DNA from: Actinomycetota bacterium
Lineage (GTDB): Bacteria; Actinomycetota; UBA4738
Reading direction: 5' to 3'
NCBI GenBank assembly: GCA_050692195.1
Contig: JBOGVA010000093.1
Span: forward strand, 5,459-69,458
Length of the DNA stretch: 64,000 nt
The notes beneath the pieces are model-generated. The model saw only the letters and a list, made by a program, of their open reading frames with translations, had not been told where the DNA came from and did no database searches. Positions 43,901 to 50,780 of the stretch are shown in pieces. Made by a program: the position numbers and the translations under genes. Every line of letters starts with the position of its first letter. Position 1 is the first letter of the stretch.

Positions 43901-45148
43901 GACGCCTGGGGCAGGACCTCGAGCGCCGCCACTCCCTCGGGGAGCTTCACCTACGTCCTGGACGCCCTTGACAGGACGATCAGCAAGGCGGCGGGCCTGA
44001 GCTCCACCAGCTTCGCCTACGTGGGGACGACCGAGGACCCCGCGGCGGTGACCTCCGGAGCCACCACCACCCACTTCGACTACACGACCGGAGGGCCTCT
44101 CGCCGAGAGGACCGGGGCCACCGTGCGCTACGACCTCTTAGACCTGCACGGGGACGTGGTGGGGCTGGCCCTCTCGGGGGGCTCCTCGGAGGGGTCGGCC
44201 ACCTTCGACGCCTGGGGGACCAAGACCGCCTCCTCCGGGGTCCAGAGCGTGCTGGGGTTCCAGGCAGACCTCACCGATACTGCCACCGGCCTGGTGGACA
44301 TGGGGACCCGCCAGTACCTGCCCTCCCTGGGCCGGTTCACCACCTCTGACGTCCTGTTCGGGGACCCCCGGAACCCCACCTCCCTGAACCAGTTCGTCTA
44401 CGCCCACGACAACCCGGTGTCCCTTTCGGATCCCGACGGGATGTGCCCCAGGGACCCCGACAACCCCGGGGCCTGCTCGGTGACCGCCCCCCGAAGAGAG
44501 GTCAAGCGGTTCCTGCGCCGGATGCGGGTCCTGACCCGCCCGGTGCACAACTTCACCACAAGGAGGCCCCTCGGGATCAACGGGCCAGAGCCCAGGCTCG
44601 ACCTCCGCCGGATCCTCCGCCCTCCCCGACCCCACACCGCCCCCAAGAAGGGAGGGGGCGGACTCGGGGGGTTCCTGAACATCCTTCAGACAGGGCTCGA
44701 CGTGGTGGGGCTGATCCCGGTGGTGGGCGAGGTGGCCGACCTGGCCAACGCCGGGATCTACCTGGCCCGAGGAGACAAGGTAGGGGCCGCGCTTTCCCTC
44801 GCTGCCATGGTTCCGATCGGCGGGCAGGCAGCGACGGCAGGAAAGTTCGCGCGGACTGCGTTGAAGGCAGCGGATGCCCTGCCCGCAGGAAAGGTGAACA
44901 GGATCTATTCGGCCCGAGTCCTAAAGAGAATGGCGGATGAGCCCGGTTCATTCCACAATTTCCCAGGGTCATTTGACGATGAAATATTCGAACGAGGAGC
45001 GCGTCAGGTCGTGCCGAACGAATTCAAGAAGGCCAAGCCACATCTAACAAACGACTCAATCCAGTATCGTCTTCCCGGCTCGATCGGGAGACGGGCGGGA
45101 ACGTTCGAGATCTTCACCCGTCCCTCGCTCTCCGGCCTAACGAAGTGA
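37943..45148 (+). CDS. Secreted RHS/YD-repeat polymorphic toxin
   Basis: TTG 37943 sits 8 nt after GGAAGGAG; the track ORF starts at 37802. Signal peptide: RRKPGSVRRPPSSLAWLAALLACVMLAATLAPG. DNRLRE-like domain at about 38970-39525 (...RRITSSWSEDTLTHNFQP...). PA14-like segment at about 41290-41650. There are dozens of YD motifs (YxYDxxGR/N). The RHS core ends ...GRFTTSDVLFGDPRNPTSLNQFVYAHDNPVSLSDPDGM (44429-44443). A PT-TG-like segment lies at about 44670-44860 (GLIPVVGEVADLANAGIYLARGDKVGAALSLAAMVPIGG). The final tip of about 95 aa is unassigned. Confidence 0.93.
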   Translation: MRWAARRKPGSVRRPPSSLAWLAALLACVMLAATLAPGPQAPPAALASTGTPLPEEVPPGPPPDPLPDSEREVPPPAIPEVPDHVPLPSLEELFAPEDSARDLIATLEENFAEATETMSVYEQGGADHWLAATVQPQNYLDDQGNWHDIDTSLVHLPEGKHEPVDLIPPDLPGFTNAEGMVQVLFPDVLSALTPLIFALPEGRLDILPSGLFPAVPGVREGESVRYSDAAESLDLVYTATPLGYEEWVVLKEPPPGDRASWRIQATHLALRLEESGEISILAGDEVVGAFPPTLVGDSSQEPESAGATTSFPYELQDLGGGRYELSVLYDQAWLSDPDRVYPVVIDPGPQERTRYPTDDTFSYSASPDTPQGSWWNVQAGGGGGQRTFVNFDTKIYERANRVVYFAQLSLAPYPAQDSTTEGTVYVRRITSSWSEDTLTHNFQPSVGTANWDSADEGDVDGGWQNFTGLGALYQRFLDTSDPNHYTAHRGVRLHSANSNWHVWCSSNSNLNCPSSAKPILFLTFNDLPAAAAPDPNGPIGTEADPGIVTVESPELVMLAMPTDFNNDPTRLNFQVSKSGTSWEAPDLVAQSGWINSTTWAVPAGALKDGQSYHWRTQSGDWCGDWDDMCSNEDASGRIHPWKTSAVQTIKVNLPKYGSDERWAMWSDQLGNGMSLQVNQANGNLYLDYPLDTLQTPAGPLDLALTYNNQQTADIGLGPGWNVSAGPLSDSLKLPTTLTVVAKNKGGGVLIAYGDGDRAHFPKLAGTTYQSAGVGTVFKNDGSQGWTYVTDAGGTFTFDSDGALLTAAPSSNQYGDPGFSYLFEPDPSRPGVLNLKRVADPLGRAVDFAWTGSPTHLTSITTWVPKKGGGGNQTWTLAYSSDRLFEVADPVSQTVRFTHEGGLLTGIQDGQLVADARDEKTAITYVQETLPDDRVIYRAKTVTAPPTVQGGQVHPTEFVYDPPLNGDIVTRTAAIDPRGPTTPENATDYMTWTDFNDMGLPIRVEGPYDQLGKAPITRMLWNSEGNLLCSRSPAANRDGGVNEKCKAGESDIPTEPLNTAYEYQAVAPFKPTKVTGPAPNPDGSGERAVTEYQYDQGIEGLALSEYTNATMTGLPYNKRIAGPINGLSPDWDWGPHGQPGTLPPDTTDFSLRFTGTITAASTGTYKFRVRAGGGSRLVVGPEVIDCWAVGAYPNCGDTQTLVIKLEANKSKPVSLEYRYVDAGYGARLAFQWDPPGSQSWENVPATAMDSALSLVTSVVDPKGTTTRSYPDDPSKFRELPASTTRAGRTTTYSYGSDPYGRVLSQSVSHPDGPFTTSYVYTDTSTTSCLTRVTDPTGAVTDYTCDEAGQVTQVRVSVPAVPGTNQNTDQVRITDTKYDDLGRPESVTVPHPEGQGPFPDTQYDYDRAGRLTQTTDPMGFVTTNEYGLDGRLTKTLLPSPDGSSPRPETTYGYDGEGNRTSVVDPRDHTWTTSYDALNRLTSTTTPAGTDADPAPTYTTNTVYDLLNRTTTVTTPGGLDAAGNPVSITQVTTHDILGRAISAKVGDLTADTFSYDVVGNQISQTADGITTITEYNAYNQPTKETCQGCAGGQDAVTHFAYDQSGRLVEEVDARGSGPTDQSHMWKYGYDGAGRLTSAQLPAPISATTSIVYDAAGEQVKVTDGAGYVRNYTYDERGRLATLATARGTIAYVHDVNDRLVRVDLPTSTPPLPVASLNYAYDNLGQRTRRWGLTSGGQTVSGENFSFDSAGNLTRASSDSLTIPAVVMDYDFAHRPWRVTQGTTVTTLAYQGTQLSSRSVVAAGSTLTNNYRYRTGDGLLATISPAFGGSNVAYGYDPYGRATSRQDPSGLTSVVAYDQTGRVKSKQVNLPSSSPLVCFERVYDPVGNVIQEAQRPSTACATQPEGWNTYAYDNANRLESATEGGVTTAFGYDGAANRTSVQVGGDPAVTTSYDDAGYPDSASDGTDYVTDALGELMSITKGGSTSSFVYDAWGRTSSAATPSGSFTYVLDALDRTISKAAGLSSTSFAYVGTTEDPAAVTSGATTTHFDYTTGGPLAERTGATVRYDLLDLHGDVVGLALSGGSSEGSATFDAWGTKTASSGVQSVLGFQADLTDTATGLVDMGTRQYLPSLGRFTTSDVLFGDPRNPTSLNQFVYAHDNPVSLSDPDGMCPRDPDNPGACSVTAPRREVKRFLRRMRVLTRPVHNFTTRRPLGINGPEPRLDLRRILRPPRPHTAPKKGGGGLGGFLNILQTGLDVVGLIPVVGEVADLANAGIYLARGDKVGAALSLAAMVPIGGQAATAGKFARTALKAADALPAGKVNRIYSARVLKRMADEPGSFHNFPGSFDDEIFERGARQVVPNEFKKAKPHLTNDSIQYRLPGSIGRRAGTFEIFTRPSLSGLTK

Positions 45149-45173
45149 TCGCGCACCGGTTCTTCAGGCCTCT

Positions 45174-45737
45174 ATGAGCGTAAACGACCATGAGTTCCCT
45201 GCTTCGTATAGCGCCCGGACTATCCATGAGGTCGTGGGGAAGCATCCGCGCTTTTACTTCCAACGTCCTGGAGAAAGAGAAGGTGCCGACATCCTCGTCG
45301 AGGTAACCACTAATGAGCACAACAAATGGATCGGTTCGTTTCGTCGTCCTCCCCGGGAGGTTGGTCGGACACACTCGGGTATCCACTCGACCCCCAATCC
45401 AGCTCGCGTGTGCGTCGTTGTGAGTGGCGACGCCTACTTAATTCCCGTCTTCGATCCTGAAAAGTATGAGCTTCTGGCGACTGGAGGGCCGGTGCTGCAC
45501 GTGCTTGCCGCGAAAGAGGAAGGTCTGCTTCTGCTCGCTAGCCCGTGGGTTGTCACTGGCGTCGGAAGCGAGGGCGTTGGGTGGCAGACAACTCGCCTGG
45601 CCGTGGATGGAATCCGTCTCGATGAGATCCGAGAGGGGTGGCTCGCGGGTGTCGCCGACCCCGAAGACGAACAGCCCATAGATTTCTTCATAGACCTGCG
45701 GACTGGGCGCCATGAGGGAGGCGCTCAACTCGGCTAG
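45174..45737 (+). CDS. Candidate cognate immunity protein (hypothetical, no family recognised)
   Basis: 187-aa ORF starting 25 nt after the RHS stop, on the same strand. It has the same lowered G+C as the toxin tip. No signal peptide or TM segment. The call rests on position only. Confidence 0.55.
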   Translation: MSVNDHEFPASYSARTIHEVVGKHPRFYFQRPGEREGADILVEVTTNEHNKWIGSFRRPPREVGRTHSGIHSTPNPARVCVVVSGDAYLIPVFDPEKYELLATGGPVLHVLAAKEEGLLLLASPWVVTGVGSEGVGWQTTRLAVDGIRLDEIREGWLAGVADPEDEQPIDFFIDLRTGRHEGGAQLG

Positions 45738-46552
45738 ACGGTTCGGCGGTAGCGCCACACGGCGAGCGGGGCGGAGACGATGATGATGCCCGCCAGCCAC
45801 CCCATCGACTGCAGGACGTACGAGGCGGTGGGTCCCCCGAGCACCAACGCGCGCACGGCCGAAGCCGTGACCGAGACCGGTTGGTGCTCGGCGAAGACCT
45901 GCAACCACCCCGGCATCGTCTCCACCGGAACGAAGGCTGAGGAGGCGAACACCAGCGGCGCCATGATCGGGAAGGCCGCCGCCTGGGCCGTCTCGGGATC
46001 ACCCACCGCCAGTCCGACGGTGGCGAAGACCCACGAGAGGGCATACCCGAACAGCAGGACGAGGGACATGCCGGCCAGGAAGCCCAGCGCATGGGTGTGC
46101 ACGCGGAAGCCGACGGCGAAACCGACCCCGCTCACCAGGGTCATGACGAAGACGTTGCGGGCGAGGTCGGCCGTGGTTCGGCCGGCGAGGACCGCCGATC
46201 GAGCCATGGGAAGGGACCGGAACCGTTCGAGCAGCCCCGTCTTGAGGTCGGCGGCCAACCCCACGGCGGTGCCCAGTGCCCCGAAGACCGCCATCTGGAC
46301 GAAGATGCCCGGCATCAGGTAGTCGACGTAGGGGACATCGAGCCCGGTGGAGACGGCGCCCCCGAACACGTACCTGAACAGCAGCACGAAGATCACCGGC
46401 TGGATGGTGCTGAAGACGAGGAGCTGGGGCACGCGGCGCAGCGTGATCAGGTTCCGCTCCGTGAGGGCGAGCGCGTCGGACACGGCCCCGGTCACGCGGC
46501 TCAGGCCATGACGCTCGATCGGGAGAGGGGCGGCGATGGCGCTCTGGCTCAT
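45734..46552 (-). CDS. ABC-2 type transporter permease (DrrB-like)
   Basis: 272 aa with about 6 hydrophobic helices. ATGA-type overlap with the upstream ATPase gene. Its stop overlaps the stop of the convergent 45174..45737 gene. Confidence 0.8.
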   Translation of the reverse strand: MSQSAIAAPLPIERHGLSRVTGAVSDALALTERNLITLRRVPQLLVFSTIQPVIFVLLFRYVFGGAVSTGLDVPYVDYLMPGIFVQMAVFGALGTAVGLAADLKTGLLERFRSLPMARSAVLAGRTTADLARNVFVMTLVSGVGFAVGFRVHTHALGFLAGMSLVLLFGYALSWVFATVGLAVGDPETAQAAAFPIMAPLVFASSAFVPVETMPGWLQVFAEHQPVSVTASAVRALVLGGPTASYVLQSMGWLAGIIIVSAPLAVWRYRRTV

Positions 46553-47538
46553 GCGGAACCTCCGGTATGCACGATCTCCTCCGCTACGTCGACCGGTTGA
46601 GCGTGCCGGCCGGTGAGCCGGAGGAACACGTCATCCAGGCTCGGTTCCCGAACCGCCAGCGTCGTGGGGACCAGGCCCTCCGAGTCCAGGGAACGCAGCA
46701 CGTCCATGAGCACCTTGGCGCCGTCGCCCGAGGGGAGCCGGATCCGGGTGCCTTCGCGCTCCAAGCCGTCGGAGGCGAACCTGGCCAGCACGCTCTGAGC
46801 TCGCTGGGCATCGCCTTCCGCGCTCAGGCCGATCTCGATGACCGTGCTGCCCAGCCGGGCCTTCAGCTCCGACGGCGTGCCCTCGGCGATGACCTTGCCG
46901 ACATCCACCACGGCGATACGGGCGGCCAGCCGGTCGGCTTCCTCCAGGTACTGGGTCGTCAGCAGTACGGTGGTGCCCTCGGCCACCAGCTCTCGGATCA
47001 TCTCCCACAGCGCGTTTCGGCTGTGGAGGTCCAATCCGGTGGTCGGCTCGTCCAGGAAGAGGACGGGCGGGCGCGACACCAGAGCAGCAGCGACGTCGAG
47101 GCGACGGCGCATGCCACCCGAGTAGGTGCGGACGGGGCGGTCGGCGGCGTCGGCCAGCTCGAATCGCTCCAGAAGCTCATCCGCTCGTGGCCCGATCCAC
47201 CGGCGTGGGAGCTGCGCCAGGCGGCCGACCAGCCGGAGATTCTCCCGGCCGGTGAGGTTGGGATCGACGGCCGCATACTGCCCGGCCAGCCCGATCCGGT
47301 AGCGGACGGCTTCCGGACTCCGGACGACGTCGAAGCCGAGGATCTCGGCCCGGCCTTTGTCTGGAGGCAGGATGGTCGTGAGGATGCGGACCGCGGTGGT
47401 CTTGCCGGCTCCGTTCGGCCCGAGCAGCCCGAACACGGTGCCGGTCGCCACCTCGAAGTCGACGCCATCGAGGGCCACCACCGACCCGAACCGCTTGACC
47501 AGGCCCTCGACGGCGATCGCAGTGTGGTTCTGAGCCAA
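46549..47538 (-). CDS. ABC transporter ATP-binding protein (DrrA-like)
   Basis: Walker A GPNGAGKTT, signature YSGGMRRRL, Walker B VLFLDEPTTGLD, and a C-terminal extension of about 100 aa as in DrrA-type exporters. Confidence 0.9.
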   Translation of the reverse strand: MAQNHTAIAVEGLVKRFGSVVALDGVDFEVATGTVFGLLGPNGAGKTTAVRILTTILPPDKGRAEILGFDVVRSPEAVRYRIGLAGQYAAVDPNLTGRENLRLVGRLAQLPRRWIGPRADELLERFELADAADRPVRTYSGGMRRRLDVAAALVSRPPVLFLDEPTTGLDLHSRNALWEMIRELVAEGTTVLLTTQYLEEADRLAARIAVVDVGKVIAEGTPSELKARLGSTVIEIGLSAEGDAQRAQSVLARFASDGLEREGTRIRLPSGDGAKVLMDVLRSLDSEGLVPTTLAVREPSLDDVFLRLTGRHAQPVDVAEEIVHTGGSA

Positions 47539-47552
47539 GCCCCCGCGCCTCG

Positions 47553-48122
47553 TCAGGAGGGAGTGACCGGCGCCTTCGCCCGGAGCACGTCGATGAACTC
47601 ACGCATCCAGGCGGGGTGGTCCGGCCAGGCCCGAGCCGAGACCATGACGCCGTCCACGACCGCTTCGGAGTCCACGTACTCGGCCCCGGCGGCCCGAACG
47701 TCCGGCGCCAGCGCGGGATAGGCGGCCGTTCGCCGGCCCTGAAGGACACCCGCGGTCGCCAGAGCCAAAGGCGCGTGGCAGAGCTGGGCCACGGGCTTCT
47801 CCTCGGCGAAGAAGTGCTTGATGATGCGCTGGAAATCCTGGTCGTTTCGTATGTACTCGGGCGCTCGGCCCCCCGGTACGACGACCGCCACGTACTCCGC
47901 GGGGTTCACGTCCGCAAAGGCCACGTCCGCCGGCCACGTGTATCCCGGCTTCTCCGTATAGGTGTCGTAGCCCTCCACGAAGTCGTGCACCACGAACTGA
48001 AGCTTCTTCTTGCTGGGTGCGGCGACGTGCACTTCGTACCCTTCTTCCTTCAGCCGCTGATACGGGTAGAGGACCTCCAGGGACTCCGCCGCGTCACCGG
48101 CCAGGATCAGGACCTTTGCCAT
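47553..48122 (-). CDS. DJ-1/PfpI family protein
   Basis: MAKVLILAGDAAESLEVLYPYQRLKEEGYEVHVAAP...PVAQLCHAPLALATAGVL (nucleophile-elbow Cys-His). ATG 48122 has GGAGG upstream. Confidence 0.85.
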   Translation of the reverse strand: MAKVLILAGDAAESLEVLYPYQRLKEEGYEVHVAAPSKKKLQFVVHDFVEGYDTYTEKPGYTWPADVAFADVNPAEYVAVVVPGGRAPEYIRNDQDFQRIIKHFFAEEKPVAQLCHAPLALATAGVLQGRRTAAYPALAPDVRAAGAEYVDSEAVVDGVMVSARAWPDHPAWMREFIDVLRAKAPVTPS

Positions 48123-48150
48123 GGCGCTCACCTCCGGGCCCGACTATAGT

Positions 48151-48181
48151 GTTGGTCTGACTAACAGTCAAACTGACCAAC
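48151..48181. promoter_or_regulatory. Candidate FadR/GntR-type operator in the divergent DJ-1 / gntR intergenic region
   Basis: GTTGGTCtgactaacagtcaaactGACCAAC. The outer 7-nt arms are inverted repeats. Inside are TGGTCTGACTA and AGTCAAACT half-sites resembling the t.GT...AC.a GntR motif. Confidence 0.45.
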
Positions 48182-48192
48182 AAGGGGCGGAG

Positions 48193-48948
48193 ATGGCGTT
48201 CAAGCCAGTCGTCGCGAACCCCGCGTACCAGCAGGTGGCCGAACGGATCGCCGAGGCAGTCGTGGCCGGGGAGCTGCCCCCAGGCGAGCCGCTTCCGAAC
48301 GAACGGGACCTCTCCCGCCAGTTCGGGGTGAGCAGGGCCACGATCCGCGAGGCCCTCCGAGCGCTTCAGGCGCGGGGTCTCGTCGTGTCCTCGGGCAGTC
48401 GCACCAGGCCTCTTCGAGCCGCGGACCTGGCCGAGGGCGCCGGCGGGCCGCTGAAGGAAGCCCTTGCGAACCTGGTGAAGCTCCGGCGAGTTCGGCTCAA
48501 CGATCTCGTGGACCTTCGGTGCTCCCTCGAGGCGGCCGCCCTCGAACGCGCTGCTCAGGACCCGGAATCGCCCCACCTCGACCGGGCCCGCCGAGCGCTG
48601 GAGGAGATGCGCGGGGACGACGTGACGGTCGATGCGTTCGACGAAGCAGACGTTCGGTTCCATCTCGAGCTCGTGGCCGCGTCCGGAAACGAGGCCATGC
48701 ACCTGGTCATGCTGGCGGTCCGCGACTCGATCGCCCAGCATCTCCTGGAGGCGCTGCGGCAGCTCCCCGAGGCGCCGGAGACCCTTCGGCGACTCGCCGG
48801 CCAGCACGCGGCCATCCTCAAGGCGGTGGAGGCGGGCGACGCGGCCCGGGCGAGAAGGCTCGTCCGGCGGCACATCGAGGGTTTCTACGAGCGCTTCGTG
48901 GAGCAGGACCTCGAAGACTCCGGGACTCGGGTGGCGAGGGAGGGGTAG
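48193..48948 (+). CDS. GntR-family transcriptional regulator, FadR subfamily (FCD C-domain)
   Basis: ...LPPGEPLPNERDLSRQFGVSRATIREALRALQARGLV... (winged HTH) followed by a helical C-domain. ATG at 48193. Confidence 0.88.
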   Translation: MAFKPVVANPAYQQVAERIAEAVVAGELPPGEPLPNERDLSRQFGVSRATIREALRALQARGLVVSSGSRTRPLRAADLAEGAGGPLKEALANLVKLRRVRLNDLVDLRCSLEAAALERAAQDPESPHLDRARRALEEMRGDDVTVDAFDEADVRFHLELVAASGNEAMHLVMLAVRDSIAQHLLEALRQLPEAPETLRRLAGQHAAILKAVEAGDAARARRLVRRHIEGFYERFVEQDLEDSGTRVAREG

Positions 48949-48953
48949 CGGCC

Positions 48954-50351
48954 GTGGAGACAGGCGCGAGTCGGACGGCCCTCAGCACAGGCGTGCTCGC
49001 CGAGCTGGCCCGCTCCCTTCCCGCCTCCGCCCTCATCACCGATCCGGACGTCCTGGAGACCTTCCGCCGCGACCAAGCCACCCTCGTCGACGCGGGTGTT
49101 CCCCTGGCGGTCGTTCGCGCGGCCTCCACCGCCGACGTCCAGGAGGTCATGCGGACCGCCTCCGGGCACAACGTGCCGGTCGTGCCACGGGGGGCAGGGT
49201 CCGGCCTGTCCGGAGGAGCCAATGCCGTGGACGGATGCCTGGTCCTGTCGCTGACCGGCATGGACCGGATCCTCGACATCGATCAGCGGAACCTATTCGC
49301 CGTGGTCGAGCCGGGCGCGATGAATGCGGACCTCTCGAAGGCCGCGGCTGAAATGGGGCTGTGGTACCCGCCGGACCCGGCGAGCGCCGAGTTCTCGACC
49401 CTCGGCGGAAACATCGCCACCAACGCCGGCGGCCTGTGCTGCGTGAAGTACGGGGTCACCGGGAACTTCGTCCTGGGCCTCGAGGTGGTCCTGGCCGACG
49501 GATCGGTGGTCCGCACGGGTCGGAGGACGGTGAAGGGGGTGGCAGGCTACGACCTCACCAGCCTGTTCGTCGGCTCCGAGGGAACGCTCGGCGTGATCAC
49601 CCAGGCCACGCTGCGCCTGCGGCCGGCGCCGGAGCCGCCGGCCACGCTGGTGGCCTTCTTCCCGGATCTGAAGACGGCGGGGGTGGCGATCGCCGAGATC
49701 GCCACGACGGTCGTCCCTTCGCTCCTCGAGCTGATGGACCGGACCACCGTCAGGGCCGTCGAGGAGTGGAAGCACATGGAGCTGGATCTCGACGCGGCGG
49801 CCTTGGTGCTGGCCAGATCGGATGCCGGCGGCGAGCAGGCGGCGGGGGAGATCGAGCGGATGGCCCGGGCGTGCGAATCGGCGGGGGCCACGTTCCTGGC
49901 TCGGTCGTCCGATCCCATGGAGAGCGAGCTGCTCATGGAGGCCCGTCGTCTGGCCTCTCCCGCTCTGGAGCGGCAGGGCGCGATGCTCCTGGACGACGTG
50001 GCCGTGCCGATCGGCCGGATCCCCGACCTGCTGGAGGCCATCCAGGGCATCGCCGCTCGCCGGGACGTGCTCATCGGGACGTTCGGCCACGCCGGGGACG
50101 GCAACATGCATCCGAGGATCGTGTTCGACCCTCGCGACCCGGAGCTCGCGGCCCGAGCCAGGTCCGCGTTCGAGGACATCCTGCGGACCGCCCTCGAGCT
50201 GGGAGGGACGATCACCGGGGAGCACGGGGTGGGCCTGCTCAAGCGGCCCTATCTGCGTGCGGAGATCGGGGAGGAGAGCCTTCGGCTCCATGCCACCATC
50301 AAGCAGGCCTTGGACCCTCTGAACATCTGCAACCCCGGCAAGGTCCTCTGA
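48954..50351 (+). CDS. FAD-binding oxidoreductase, GlcD / D-lactate dehydrogenase-like
   Basis: ...VVPRGAGSGLSGGA... (FAD_binding_4) and C-terminal ...GGTITGEHGVGLLKRPYL...LDPLNICNPGKVL. GTG 48954 lies inside track ORF 48519..50351. Confidence 0.88.
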   Translation: METGASRTALSTGVLAELARSLPASALITDPDVLETFRRDQATLVDAGVPLAVVRAASTADVQEVMRTASGHNVPVVPRGAGSGLSGGANAVDGCLVLSLTGMDRILDIDQRNLFAVVEPGAMNADLSKAAAEMGLWYPPDPASAEFSTLGGNIATNAGGLCCVKYGVTGNFVLGLEVVLADGSVVRTGRRTVKGVAGYDLTSLFVGSEGTLGVITQATLRLRPAPEPPATLVAFFPDLKTAGVAIAEIATTVVPSLLELMDRTTVRAVEEWKHMELDLDAAALVLARSDAGGEQAAGEIERMARACESAGATFLARSSDPMESELLMEARRLASPALERQGAMLLDDVAVPIGRIPDLLEAIQGIAARRDVLIGTFGHAGDGNMHPRIVFDPRDPELAARARSAFEDILRTALELGGTITGEHGVGLLKRPYLRAEIGEESLRLHATIKQALDPLNICNPGKVL

Positions 50352-50373
50352 GGGATCGCGGCGAAGCCTGGCC

Positions 50374-50658
50374 TTATCGCTTGCGCCGAGGATCTGCTAG
50401 ATGCGCCTGGGCTGAAACGAAGGACAGTAAGTGTCTTTCGACTGGCTTCCTCGCGAACGGATTGTGGGGCCACAGCAACCCGAGCGTCTCGAACAGCACC
50501 CGACTGCCATCGTCCCCGATTCGGTAGACGCGCGTCTTGATCGACACACGGCCTTTCGTCGTGACTTCCACCTCAACGCGGCCACGGAGGATGTCCCAGA
50601 TGAAGGAGAGTGCTTCGTCAATCCACTTCCGACGGTACTGCGTCTCATCGAAATGCAC
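50374..50658 (-). CDS. Hypothetical protein, possibly 5'-truncated
   Basis: 94-aa ORF with a GTG start. The same frame stays open up to 50756, 25 nt after the vapC stop, but has no ATG/GTG/TTG start there. G+C is lower than the neighbours. No family recognised. Confidence 0.4.
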   Translation of the reverse strand: MHFDETQYRRKWIDEALSFIWDILRGRVEVEVTTKGRVSIKTRVYRIGDDGSRVLFETLGLLWPHNPFARKPVERHLLSFVSAQAHLADPRRKR

Positions 50659-50780
50659 ATGGTCGTAACCGAAGCTGACAGCAATGTCCTTCTTCGCGAC
50701 CGTGATGAGCAGAGAGTGCTCGCCTATCCTCTCGACCTCAGGCTCGCGGGCCTTCCCTCATCAGCGGCAGAACGGGCTCG

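Noticed and set aside
38756-44074. Two long minus-strand ORFs (38756..40507 and 41006..44074)
   Set aside because: Both lie antisense to the RHS gene. Their translations are Gly/Arg/Pro/Val-rich with no domains, while the sense frame carries dozens of YD motifs.
45734-47538. DrrAB-type ABC exporter as part of the RHS toxin system (secretion or immunity)
   Set aside because: It is on the opposite strand and convergent with the immunity gene. It has normal high-GC composition. The RHS protein has its own Sec signal. It is more likely an independent drug or lipid efflux pair, though a link cannot be excluded from sequence alone.
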